Source: a virus
Length of the DNA: 64,000 nt
Virus record (IMG/VR): IMGVR_UViG_3300027754_000047
Location: 1 to 64,000 of that record
Reading direction: 5' to 3' (one strand)
In this document: in pieces, positions 46,497 through 54,234 of the stretch
How the letters are laid out: the number at the start of each line of letters is the position of its first letter
How positions within the stretch are numbered: the first letter of the stretch is position 1
Program-made: the position numbers and the translations under genes
Notes under the pieces: generated by a model
Databases searched by the model: none
Seen by the model: the letters and a program-made list of their open reading frames with translations, nothing else
Told to the model about the DNA's origin: nothing

Positions 46497-47156
46497 TTAA
46501 AGTTGCATAGTTTCGACAAAAGGATTGCCATCAATGACTACTCCACAAGCTATAATAGGCTTTTTAAGAAAAGCTGCACCGTATTGCATAGCCCAATGGT
46601 TGCGATCCACTCCGCAACCAATGTTCATACCCCATACTTTAGCTGTTGGCCCTGCTTGATACCAGACTCCACAAGCTGAGTGATAGTGCCCTAATACCGT
46701 AGATTGCATTCGCAACTTGGCTGCATTGAATGCGGGTTGTTGGCCTCCGGCTCCTTCGCCGTGGTAGTAGTAGACTCCGTCGATTTCAACGTTATCTACC
46801 CATTTCCAACTATGAGTGTCGTATAAGGAGTTGAACTCCTTTAAGTAAAGCCTAGGAATTCCTAGTTTAGCGTTTAATCGAAGTACTCTTAGATCATGAT
46901 TACCTACAGTTATGCTTGCTGTAGGGAATGCTTCGTATAGTTGTTTAACTTGCTTACAAGCCAAGTCGTATTCTAATGCTGCTCCAGGATTCTCTGGGTG
47001 CTTATCGTGAAAAGATATGCAATGATGGTCAACAACGTCTCCAATATGTACTACCTTATCTATACGCCAACGTTTAGCAACTGCCTTTAAAAAGGGAATA
47101 TATTTGCGATGCATGGCTGGGGCGTGGGTGTCCCCGATTACTAATACTCTGCTCAT
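46497..47156 (-). CDS. Calcineurin-like metallophosphoesterase
   Basis: GDTH, IGDVVD, GNHD, HG and GHYH motifs. Confidence 0.88.
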   Translation of the reverse strand: MSRVLVIGDTHAPAMHRKYIPFLKAVAKRWRIDKVVHIGDVVDHHCISFHDKHPENPGAALEYDLACKQVKQLYEAFPTASITVGNHDLRVLRLNAKLGIPRLYLKEFNSLYDTHSWKWVDNVEIDGVYYYHGEGAGGQQPAFNAAKLRMQSTVLGHYHSACGVWYQAGPTAKVWGMNIGCGVDRNHWAMQYGAAFLKKPIIACGVVIDGNPFVETMQL

Positions 47157-47250
47157 TTAGGCTCCAAAGTAAGTGGATACTGTCAACTTATTGTTAGCTA
47201 AGGGCGCAGAGTAAGCAGGTAAGGTACCGGTGTCAAGTTTAGGCTATTGA

Positions 47251-47286
47251 TAGCTAAAAGAATGTGTAGGGTGGAACCCCTACACA
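47251..47286 (-). terminator. Terminator with a TTTAGCTA tail
   Basis: TGTGTAGGG/CCCTACACA stem. Confidence 0.75.
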
Positions 47287-47342
47287 CTCCCTTTGATTGA
47301 ACCTGTAAACCCGTTAGCAAACAGGTTCAAGTCCAAGCCAGG

Positions 47343-47717
47343 TTATCGCATTAACATAATGCGATCATTAATGATTTTGATCTTGCGCTTGTTAACAAGC
47401 CTTCGTAGGCGTTGGCCGATTTGCTGGCGGCTGAGACCTGCCTCAACTGCCGCCAGGTATATTTTTTGTTTCAGTACTACTCCTTCGGGGTCGCTGAGCT
47501 CACGCACTATCTTTAGCACTCCTGCCTCCAGGGGTTCTCCTTCCTTTGCCTTTTTTGGAGGCTTTGGAGGTGAGAACAAAGACTGCTTGGGCCCATCCAA
47601 TGTGGGGCTAACTTTGATGTCTAGGCTCCAACCGGAGCCGACGGCCGCAGTGTGTAGGGCTTCGGCTAATTGTACAATCTCTTTCAGTCTGGCAAACGGA
47701 CCTTTTATATCTTTCAT
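47343..47717 (-). CDS. Hypothetical protein with a possible C-terminal winged helix
   Basis: Start MKDIKG; GLSRQQIGQRLRRLVNKRKI. Confidence 0.55.
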   Translation of the reverse strand: MKDIKGPFARLKEIVQLAEALHTAAVGSGWSLDIKVSPTLDGPKQSLFSPPKPPKKAKEGEPLEAGVLKIVRELSDPEGVVLKQKIYLAAVEAGLSRQQIGQRLRRLVNKRKIKIINDRIMLMR

Positions 47718-47823
47718 AACAACGGGTTTCCTAAAAGCCCTCGGTAGACGCGTACCTTGGGTAAAATGACAACCGCCCTTACACACTACAAGTATGCAAG
47801 GGCGGGGCGTCGAATGTTTGTTT

Positions 47824-48231
47824 TTAACCCACAAAGCGTGGGTCGTGGTGTTCCCAACGGCCAGCCATCTGCTGGACCTTCTCCGCAGGGCAACCGTGGG
47901 TGTTTGACCAGCTGTTTTCACAGTGTACAACGAATACACTGTAGCCATACTTAGCGGCCAAACTAAGGTACGCCTCGTAGTCTCGCCTCACTACTGAGGT
48001 GTTAGCTACGGCCAAGCGGGGCCAATCAGCCCTCATTGCAGTAGTCACTTGCTCTTCGCACCACCGATGAGCTAGACTAAGCTTGGTGTAGTCGAATAGG
48101 TACTCTCCTGTTTCGTTCAGGAAATACTTATCCGCCTCAAAGGCGGGGCACGACAAATCCAGTGAAGCAGCCAAGCTGCTTTTACCTGAACCGGGCAACC
48201 CTCTGATAACGTACAAGATCTTTTGATTCAT
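47824..48231 (-). CDS. P-loop kinase (AAA_33 / polynucleotide-kinase-like)
   Basis: IRGLPGSGKS, EADKYF, AHRWC, VANT and NTHGCP. Confidence 0.8.
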   Translation of the reverse strand: MNQKILYVIRGLPGSGKSSLAASLDLSCPAFEADKYFLNETGEYLFDYTKLSLAHRWCEEQVTTAMRADWPRLAVANTSVVRRDYEAYLSLAAKYGYSVFVVHCENSWSNTHGCPAEKVQQMAGRWEHHDPRFVG

Positions 48232-48303
48232 TTCTTCCTCCTTTTAGCTGTGCTTTAGGCTTAACGCAAACCTAATTTTTAATGGTAACACAGTTCACAT
48301 GTT

Positions 48304-48332
48304 ATATTCACACAATAGGTGGGCTATTTTAA
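48304..48332 (-). promoter_or_regulatory. Phage promoter motif TTAAAA-N17-GAATAT
   Basis: Immediately follows the terminator at 48333-48364. Confidence 0.5.
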
Positions 48333-48364
48333 TAGCTAAATAAGGACCCCGGTTAGGGGTCCTT
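48333..48364 (-). terminator. Terminator with a TTTAGCTA tail
   Basis: AAGGACCCC/GGGGTCCTT stem. Confidence 0.7.
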
Positions 48365-48385
48365 GGGTCTCAAAAGCCCCTGTGT

Positions 48386-48832
48386 TTAGCTACCAGACTG
48401 CACGAAGATCGTTTCTCCTGCAGCTCCCGCTGCCTTTCCTGCAACACCCGCCGTCTTGTCCACCGCCTCCTGAGGAGGAGCTTTCATTCCCTCATCGGCG
48501 GGCCGTCGGTCCCTATTGGCCTGGGACCGGGCCTTGTCGTCCTCTTCAGAATTCTTGGCCTTCTTCCTGTCCATCACTTCGTTCGCCTTGGCTTCCACCA
48601 TTGGGGTGGAAGCAACCAGCATGCCGAGCGCGGCGAAGGCCAACGTCGTGATCGTGGCCATGCCGTTGAAGCCGGCCACCACCATCGAGCGGGTTTCATC
48701 CATGGACCAAGTCCACGGAAATAACCAGCTTTCCCCGCTAGCAGGGACCAAAGCGTCTCCGCCGCCAATGGCAACGAAGAAGAGAATCGACACAACCGCG
48801 TAGGGCATAAAGCCCCAGAAGAACTTCTTCAT
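48386..48832 (-). CDS. Membrane protein (two TM, charged tail)
   Basis: Two hydrophobic segments; has its own promoter, leader and terminator. Confidence 0.7.
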   Translation of the reverse strand: MKKFFWGFMPYAVVSILFFVAIGGGDALVPASGESWLFPWTWSMDETRSMVVAGFNGMATITTLAFAALGMLVASTPMVEAKANEVMDRKKAKNSEEDDKARSQANRDRRPADEGMKAPPQEAVDKTAGVAGKAAGAAGETIFVQSGS

Positions 48833-48921
48833 TCGAAGTTCCTTTCCGGGGTATTACCCCTAGTAGTCGCTTACTTGTAGTCAGGATTACGCACCCAACA
48901 GCAAGTATCGCTACTTATATA

Positions 48922-48950
48922 TATATACCGCAAAAGGGGGTCTATTTTAG
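48922..48950 (-). promoter_or_regulatory. Phage promoter CTAAAA-N17-TATATA
   Basis: Near-identical to the copies at 50208, 50386 and 50769. Confidence 0.8.
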
Positions 48951-48979
48951 TCCCTCAATACTGTCAACCTTTAATAGCT

Positions 48980-49476
48980 AAAAAGAACGATCCTTATGGC
49001 CCCGAAGGGTGGCAAGGATCGTTCTATAGCTGTTGCGGTGTTTCTGCAGAAACCTTGACAACAGCTAGTTATTGTTCCGGAACCTCCGGGCATGGCTTAC
49101 TAACACCTCTTCGTCCTGCCGCAACCTACTGATCTTGTAGGTCGCTTTAGTTATCCCCTCGCAAGGGGGGCGGTTTACGAGGGACAACCCAACTCTCGTT
49201 GGATTTCTAGGTAGGCTCTCGTCCCCTAGACATACCCACTCCAGTTTTATTAGAGTAGGCTGTTAATAGGTCCCTCACAGGTATGGGACCAACCTTGACT
49301 AGCCTCCGTTGCCACGGGGCGCTGCTCTTTTGCCGAGCCAGCATTAAAGTCGAACCTAAATGGAGTGTACAGCTCCAGTGCTACCGGGGGTATTTATTCC
49401 GGTAAGCTGCTAACCCACCAGTTAGGTAGGTCATACGGTAGGTACCGTAGGGCCCTATATATTGCTATATAGAGCT
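48980..49476 (-). ncRNA. Candidate ~500-nt multi-hairpin non-coding RNA
   Basis: No ORF of 60 aa or more; bounded by the promoter at 49482-49510 and the terminator at 48975-49025; about 16 consecutive stem-loops. Confidence 0.7.
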
Positions 49477-49481
49477 TATGT

Positions 49482-49510
49482 ATTATACCCCAAAAAGGAG
49501 GTTATTTTAG
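49482..49510 (-). promoter_or_regulatory. Phage promoter CTAAAA-N17-TATAAT
   Basis: Motif match directly after the terminator at 49522-49562. Confidence 0.8.
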
Positions 49511-49521
49511 CCTTACCTTGA

Positions 49522-49562
49522 TACCTAAAAAAAGCCCCCCAACTCCTTGCGGAGTGGGGGGC
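49522..49562 (-). terminator. Intrinsic terminator (TTTAGGTA tail)
   Basis: GCCCCCC-ACTCC stem followed by T7. Confidence 0.8.
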
Positions 49563-49583
49563 ATCGTCCATGGTGGGGGGCCT

Positions 49584-50111
49584 TTAGCGGCTCCACCACC
49601 ATGCCAACTGATCAGACCATGAAGGATTGGTCAACCGCTGCACTCGCTGCTCGCTCGCAATCTGCTGTGCGATTGCAGCAGAGGTGGCCGATTTGTTTCC
49701 CATCGACGCCCTAACATGGATCGCCGCCGTCCACGCCGGGATGCGGACGTAGTCAATTCCAGCAGCCTGCGCCACCCACGCATCGTGGGTGGTTTGGACC
49801 GTCATGATTGCAGCGACGCCCAAGTCGGGCGTCACCTTCGTCGCCGCTTCTACAGCGGCGCAAGTGGAGGCTCCTGCCTCCACAATTCCTTCTGGGGTGG
49901 TGGTGCACTCCACCTTAAGATCCAGCTGCTTCTGCAGCTGCTGCTCTGCCTCACTCCAAGCTGCCTTGGTCTCCTGGATGGAGACCAGCATGGCTGCGGC
50001 CTTTGCCGCAACCTCCTCCGCCGTCGGCGCCTTAGCCGAAGGTGGAGTCGCTTGGCAAACGCCTCCGATGAAGAAGGCGATTGTACAAACGAGTGTTAGA
50101 AGAGTCTTCAT
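49584..50111 (-). CDS. Secreted Ala-rich protein
   Basis: Signal peptide MKTLLTLVCTIAFFIGGVCQA; AGGAGG RBS. Confidence 0.75.
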   Translation of the reverse strand: MKTLLTLVCTIAFFIGGVCQATPPSAKAPTAEEVAAKAAAMLVSIQETKAAWSEAEQQLQKQLDLKVECTTTPEGIVEAGASTCAAVEAATKVTPDLGVAAIMTVQTTHDAWVAQAAGIDYVRIPAWTAAIHVRASMGNKSATSAAIAQQIASEQRVQRLTNPSWSDQLAWWWSR

Positions 50112-50207
50112 GAGACTCCTCCTTTCCGGGGTATTACCCCTTTAAGCTGTTGTTGACAGTATGAGCGGTTACGCAACCCTCATTATCAGCTACAACAGCC
50201 TTAGGTA

Positions 50208-50236
50208 TATATACCTCAAAAAGGGGTCTATTTTAG
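50208..50236 (-). promoter_or_regulatory. Phage promoter CTAAAA-N17-TATATA (left arm of a 35-bp inverted repeat)
   Basis: 50205-50239 is the exact reverse complement of 50383-50417. Confidence 0.8.
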
Positions 50237-50244
50237 CCCTAAAA

Positions 50245-50368
50245 AGGCCCTTTTAGGCCCTTTTAGGCCCTTTTAGGCCCTTTTAGGCCCTTTTAGGGCT
50301 ATTGACAGTTTTAGGCCCTTTTAGCCCTAAAAAGCCTCTTTTAGGCCCTTTTAGGCTCTTTTAGGCCT
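50245..50368 (+). repeat. Tandem decamer (AGGCCCTTTT)n; origin or terminus candidate
   Basis: Five perfect copies at 50245-50294 plus degenerate copies, interrupted by TTGACAGT, between outward-facing promoters. Confidence 0.85.
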
Positions 50369-50385
50369 GTTGACAGTATTAGGGG

Positions 50386-50414
50386 CTAAAATAGACCCCT
50401 TTTTGAGGTATATA
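50386..50414 (+). promoter_or_regulatory. Phage promoter CTAAAA-N17-TATATA (right arm)
   Basis: Exact inverted copy of 50208-50236. Confidence 0.8.
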
Positions 50415-50420
50415 TACATA

Positions 50421-50740
50421 TGGCCGTTATAGCTATATATAAGAGCTTATCCATGTCGGAATGGCCTTTATAGCTATAACGAGCCAATATGTAGTAGTAC
50501 GTATTGGCAGTTGATCCCCCTCACCCCTTGCGGGGTGGTGCAGGTCGCTAACCCTAAGGGGGAGGCTATCCGGACAGGTACCTCCTACGGTGGGGCCTTA
50601 ACCCGACCTCCCCCCCGAAGTCTGGGGTCACGGTTGCAATGCGAAACCTCCACATGAAGGTGTGGAACACGGGAATCGCGCTTAAGCCTATTGGAAATAG
50701 GGTGAAGCAAAAACCCCCCTGAAATGGGGGCTTTTTTTTT
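50421..50740 (+). ncRNA. Candidate ~320-nt structured non-coding RNA
   Basis: No ORF of 60 aa or more between the promoter at 50386-50414 and the terminator at 50714-50745; multiple stems. Confidence 0.65.
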
Positions 50741-50768
50741 AGCTATTAAAGGTTGACAGTATTAGGGG

Positions 50769-50797
50769 CTAAAATAAGGCTCCTTTTGAGGTATATA
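50769..50797 (+). promoter_or_regulatory. Phage promoter CTAAAA-N17-TATATA
   Basis: Motif match after a terminator. Confidence 0.8.
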
Positions 50798-50880
50798 TAT
50801 ATGTAGAGGGTTTAGACCTAATTGATGGGTGTTCCATTAATTAGAAACAAACCCTACTACTACTCTTGAAAGGAGTAGCC

Positions 50881-51084
50881 ATGTCAATAGTTTGGCAGCC
50901 GTCCTTACGGCATCCCAAATTCCAGGTCGTAAAAGACCTGGTCTTTGGAATCGTGGGAACAATGGACGGATGGGAAACCTCCTCCATTACTACCACGGAG
51001 CAGGCAGAGGCCCTGCTCCAGATCCCGGGGTGTCCCTTTGAGCAGGAGCTCAAGGAGATCATCAAGAAAGGAGTGAGCCCGTAA
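50881..51084 (+). CDS. Small hypothetical protein
   Basis: AAGGAG RBS before ATG 50881; own promoter and a terminator at 51076-51100. Confidence 0.7.
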   Translation: MSIVWQPSLRHPKFQVVKDLVFGIVGTMDGWETSSITTTEQAEALLQIPGCPFEQELKEIIKKGVSP

Positions 51085-51112
51085 GGGCTTTTTTTAGCTA
51101 TTAAAGTACCTA

Positions 51113-52984
51113 TTACTGTGGAGGCATTCCGGTTGCTGGCGGAGCCGGTTGCCTAAGTTGGTCTTTACCTTGGTTACCTGCTTGCTGAGTAATCTGATCC
51201 AACATACCCTTGATGACAGCATGTAGGTGAGGGTCTTGGCTCTTAATACCTTCCAAGATCTGCCTACGTTGCGGACTGCCCAATGGAGCCGTAGCCATGA
51301 TTTCGTTAACTCGGCCTTGAGCATCCCCAAAGAAGCTTTCCAAGTCCTTACCTGCTCCTGCAGCCGTAGGCCCAGCTACGCCGTTAATAGGCATTGCTGG
51401 AGCGCCCATACCGCCACCGATATTTGGCCCACCTGGCATACCGCCTGCTCCTGCTTCCTGCCCTGGGGCTCCAATGAAGGCTCCTGGAGGCGCAGCCATA
51501 ATCTGCTCGTTTTCTTCTGCTTTGCGCATGCGTTCCATGTAAGACTTTTCTTCTCGCATCTTGAACTCTTGCTCGCTTTGGCGCTTCTTGAAGGTGTCCT
51601 TCCAATCCAAGCCGAAGAGGGTAAGTACGTCTTGTTCCGATGCGACGCCTTGCATCATCATCTGCAACATCATCATGCGGCGTTCAATGTCATCTGCATG
51701 AGTAGGTCGAGTCAAGTTAACTTCACAAGGCAACCAGTTTAGAATAGCGCTAATTCTGTCAACAATCCAAGTTAAGGCTCGTTGTAAGCCGCCTAGAAAG
51801 ATAGTTTCCCCTGCTTCAAATAAACGAGCAGCAAAAGGGGCTGTTTGAACACTAAGGGTCTTACGGTACAGTTCTACTGGAACGCCTAAGCCGTTTAAGA
51901 AGTCAGCTTGGGCTGCATCTAACAGTTGTGGAGTAACAAAGTTCTTACCTTCACCGCCTAATAGTTGGTAATTAACTGGAGTAGGTAACCATTGCCAACC
52001 AGTGGGATCTTTACGAGCTCTATCAATAGAGCGCATAACCTGAGAGCCGAAGGAGCCAATGTTTACCGACTGCATAAAGTCGCCATTGGCTCCAATAGAT
52101 GCCGGAGTAACCAAGCGAATAGGCAACATATGATCTAAGGCAATAGCTTCGTTATTGCGCTTAAGTATTTGGGCTAGGTATGCATCCCTAAAGCCTGCAA
52201 TTACCGGAGGCAAACCCCATTCACCCATTTTGATGTCGCTAAGGTTGCCAATGGAGATATGGTGCAACATGCCGTCAGCAAACTGAAACAAGCTACTAGC
52301 TCGCACAGCTTGAACAATACCCCATGGAGCTTCTTGTAAGTACTTCTTATTGCCGGCCTGAATCAAGGTTCGGTCTTGACTCGGTACTTCGTAGTAATAC
52401 TCAGGAATACCTCCGTATGGCTGGTTTACGATTCTAATCTGCCGAATTGGCCAACGCTTAATAGTGATCTTATTCTCTTCTAGTGTAGGTCGATCATCTG
52501 GATTAAGCGTTTGAACCTGCTTACCGCAACTAGCGCACTTGTAACTAAACCCAGTGCTTAGACTAAACTTATATTCTACGTTAGCAATAGGCCGAGCTGC
52601 TCCACACTCAGCACAAGTTAAAAAGCGCTTAAATGGAGCTAATACCGAGATACAAGAATTACCGTAGACCTTGATATCCCGGCCAATCAAAAACAACAGA
52701 GTTTTAATCTGTTGTTTTTCTAAGAGGAACTTCTTGTACTCCGCCGCCTTATCTTCATCCTTAGTAATCACGTTAAGGTCGGTGCCGGTAAAGTAAGAAA
52801 CTACGTATTCAATAGCTTGGGCAAAAGTTCTATTGCTGTAATACATAGCCTCCGCCATCTCAAATGATTCGTTTATGTTCGTAGGCATATGCAGGGATGC
52901 ATAGTCTAAGAACGGACTAGGAATACTATCTGAGTGGCTTAAAGCTCGGCGCTTGCTAAAGTCTGGCGTTGAAAAATCTGGCAT
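51113..52984 (-). CDS. Putative portal protein
   Basis: 623 aa; GRDIKVYGN, WGLPP and FLNGLGVP segments reminiscent of portals; inserted Zn ribbon (CAEC/CASC); G/P/Q-rich tail. Confidence 0.5.
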   Translation of the reverse strand: MPDFSTPDFSKRRALSHSDSIPSPFLDYASLHMPTNINESFEMAEAMYYSNRTFAQAIEYVVSYFTGTDLNVITKDEDKAAEYKKFLLEKQQIKTLLFLIGRDIKVYGNSCISVLAPFKRFLTCAECGAARPIANVEYKFSLSTGFSYKCASCGKQVQTLNPDDRPTLEENKITIKRWPIRQIRIVNQPYGGIPEYYYEVPSQDRTLIQAGNKKYLQEAPWGIVQAVRASSLFQFADGMLHHISIGNLSDIKMGEWGLPPVIAGFRDAYLAQILKRNNEAIALDHMLPIRLVTPASIGANGDFMQSVNIGSFGSQVMRSIDRARKDPTGWQWLPTPVNYQLLGGEGKNFVTPQLLDAAQADFLNGLGVPVELYRKTLSVQTAPFAARLFEAGETIFLGGLQRALTWIVDRISAILNWLPCEVNLTRPTHADDIERRMMMLQMMMQGVASEQDVLTLFGLDWKDTFKKRQSEQEFKMREEKSYMERMRKAEENEQIMAAPPGAFIGAPGQEAGAGGMPGGPNIGGGMGAPAMPINGVAGPTAAGAGKDLESFFGDAQGRVNEIMATAPLGSPQRRQILEGIKSQDPHLHAVIKGMLDQITQQAGNQGKDQLRQPAPPATGMPPQ

Positions 52985-53328
52985 TAGTTGTTTCCATCTT
53001 CCGGCAGATCAATTACTTTACCTATTAAACTTCTAGCAAATTCATTACCGCCTAAAACTGCCCAATCGTAGGCAGTTAGTTCGTCGTCATCTACAGCTTC
53101 AGGATCTAAAGTTGGGTTAGCAATAACGTGAAAAGCAATCAAGTAGCTTACAATGTTAGGCTTGCTGTAATAAGCCGCCATCATAAGTATATTTCGATTT
53201 CCCTTATCTTTTAGCTCTAACAGCCTAGGAAACCTATCTAATAGCCTGTTCAAGAGTACCAGGTCTTCTCCTAGTAAGGCTCCAATAAACAAAGGTACCG
53301 CTTCTTTAATGTTACTTACTATCTTCAT
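52984..53328 (-). CDS. Ankyrin-repeat protein
   Basis: DKGNRNILMMAAYYSKPNIVSYLI and DDDELTAYDWAVLGGN; start after AAGGAG. Confidence 0.7.
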   Translation of the reverse strand: MKIVSNIKEAVPLFIGALLGEDLVLLNRLLDRFPRLLELKDKGNRNILMMAAYYSKPNIVSYLIAFHVIANPTLDPEAVDDDELTAYDWAVLGGNEFARSLIGKVIDLPEDGNN

Positions 53329-53488
53329 TAACTTGCTCCTTAGATGGCGCCTTGCATTTACATCGACACTTAATACCACAAGTAGGTAGTTCTGGGATTA
53401 GTTCGTCTGAAGCAACCTTAATAGCCTTGTCGGCAAGAAACTCAGCTTCTACTATTCCTCGTTTAATAAACTCTGATTGGTTTTCCAT
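53312..53488 (-). CDS. Small Cys-containing protein (58 aa)
   Basis: Hand translation MENQSEFIKRGIVEAEFLADKAIKVASDEL...CGIKCRCKCK... Confidence 0.45.
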   Translation of the reverse strand: MENQSEFIKRGIVEAEFLADKAIKVASDELIPELPTCGIKCRCKCKAPSKEQVNEDSK

Positions 53489-53568
53489 AGCATTTTCCAG
53501 AAAGGTATTTGAAGTTTTACTTAAATCTGTTTTAATTTAAATTAGTATTTTTTATGAATAAATATTGT

Positions 53569-54234
53569 TTATTCCAACACCCTAAATATAAACGTTCGTT
53601 TGCGTTGTTGCGAATCGTAGATATCTATGTTCAAAACCTGACATACGTAGTCTTGCCCTTCATAAGTGCATACAAACTCAGGGGCATGTATTTTACCATC
53701 TTGGCCCAGTTGTGCTACTGGCGGAGTCCAGGCAGGAGCTTGAGTTCTGTCTAATATGGGGAGTTCTAAAAGCAGCCAAGCTGGAGTTTCTTTAACCTGG
53801 TTAGCAGGCTGGTATACTATGTTTGTGCATTCTAAGGCTAACCGGGCCCCATACCATTCAATTTCAATAATCTTTTTAGGTAAGGCTGTAACGGTACTTT
53901 GATAGTTAAAAGAAAGGCCCCGGGAGTCGTTAGACTCCTCGGGGCCCTTAATAAGGGCATTACTGCTGGATCCAACAAGGGGGGTGGAAGCAACAGTAAT
54001 AACGCCTCCATTTACTAGGGTCGGAGATTGCCCTAAGCTTATACTAAAGTTTCTTTTATCGGCACTAGGAGGTACGGGAATGCTTGCCACCTCCGCCCAG
54101 CCTTTTGAGTTATCTGTGAGCTGCACAATATTAGCTGCAACTGCAGCCGGCCCTTTACCCACCTTTAGGCCTAACGGCCTAGTGGTGGAAGCGGGGTTAC
54201 GTTTAGACGGTAGCGGTTTGTTTGAGGGAGTCAA
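53569..54234 (-). CDS. Hypothetical protein
   Basis: Low-complexity N-half and beta-rich C-domain. Confidence 0.6.
   Translation of the reverse strand: MTPSNKPLPSKRNPASTTRPLGLKVGKGPAAVAANIVQLTDNSKGWAEVASIPVPPSADKRNFSISLGQSPTLVNGGVITVASTPLVGSSSNALIKGPEESNDSRGLSFNYQSTVTALPKKIIEIEWYGARLALECTNIVYQPANQVKETPAWLLLELPILDRTQAPAWTPPVAQLGQDGKIHAPEFVCTYEGQDYVCQVLNIDIYDSQQRKRTFIFRVLE

Noticed and set aside
50370-50392. Canonical sigma70 promoter TTGACA...TAAAAT
   Set aside because: The spacer is only 11 bp. The CTAAAA-N17-TATATA reading fits all copies, including those without TTGACA.
48980-50740. RNase P RNA, tmRNA, group II intron or hammerhead identity for the ncRNA candidates
   Set aside because: Hallmark words (GAGGAAAGUCC, tRNA-like ends, GUGCG start with domain V, CUGAUGA core) were not found by eye; a covariance search is still needed.
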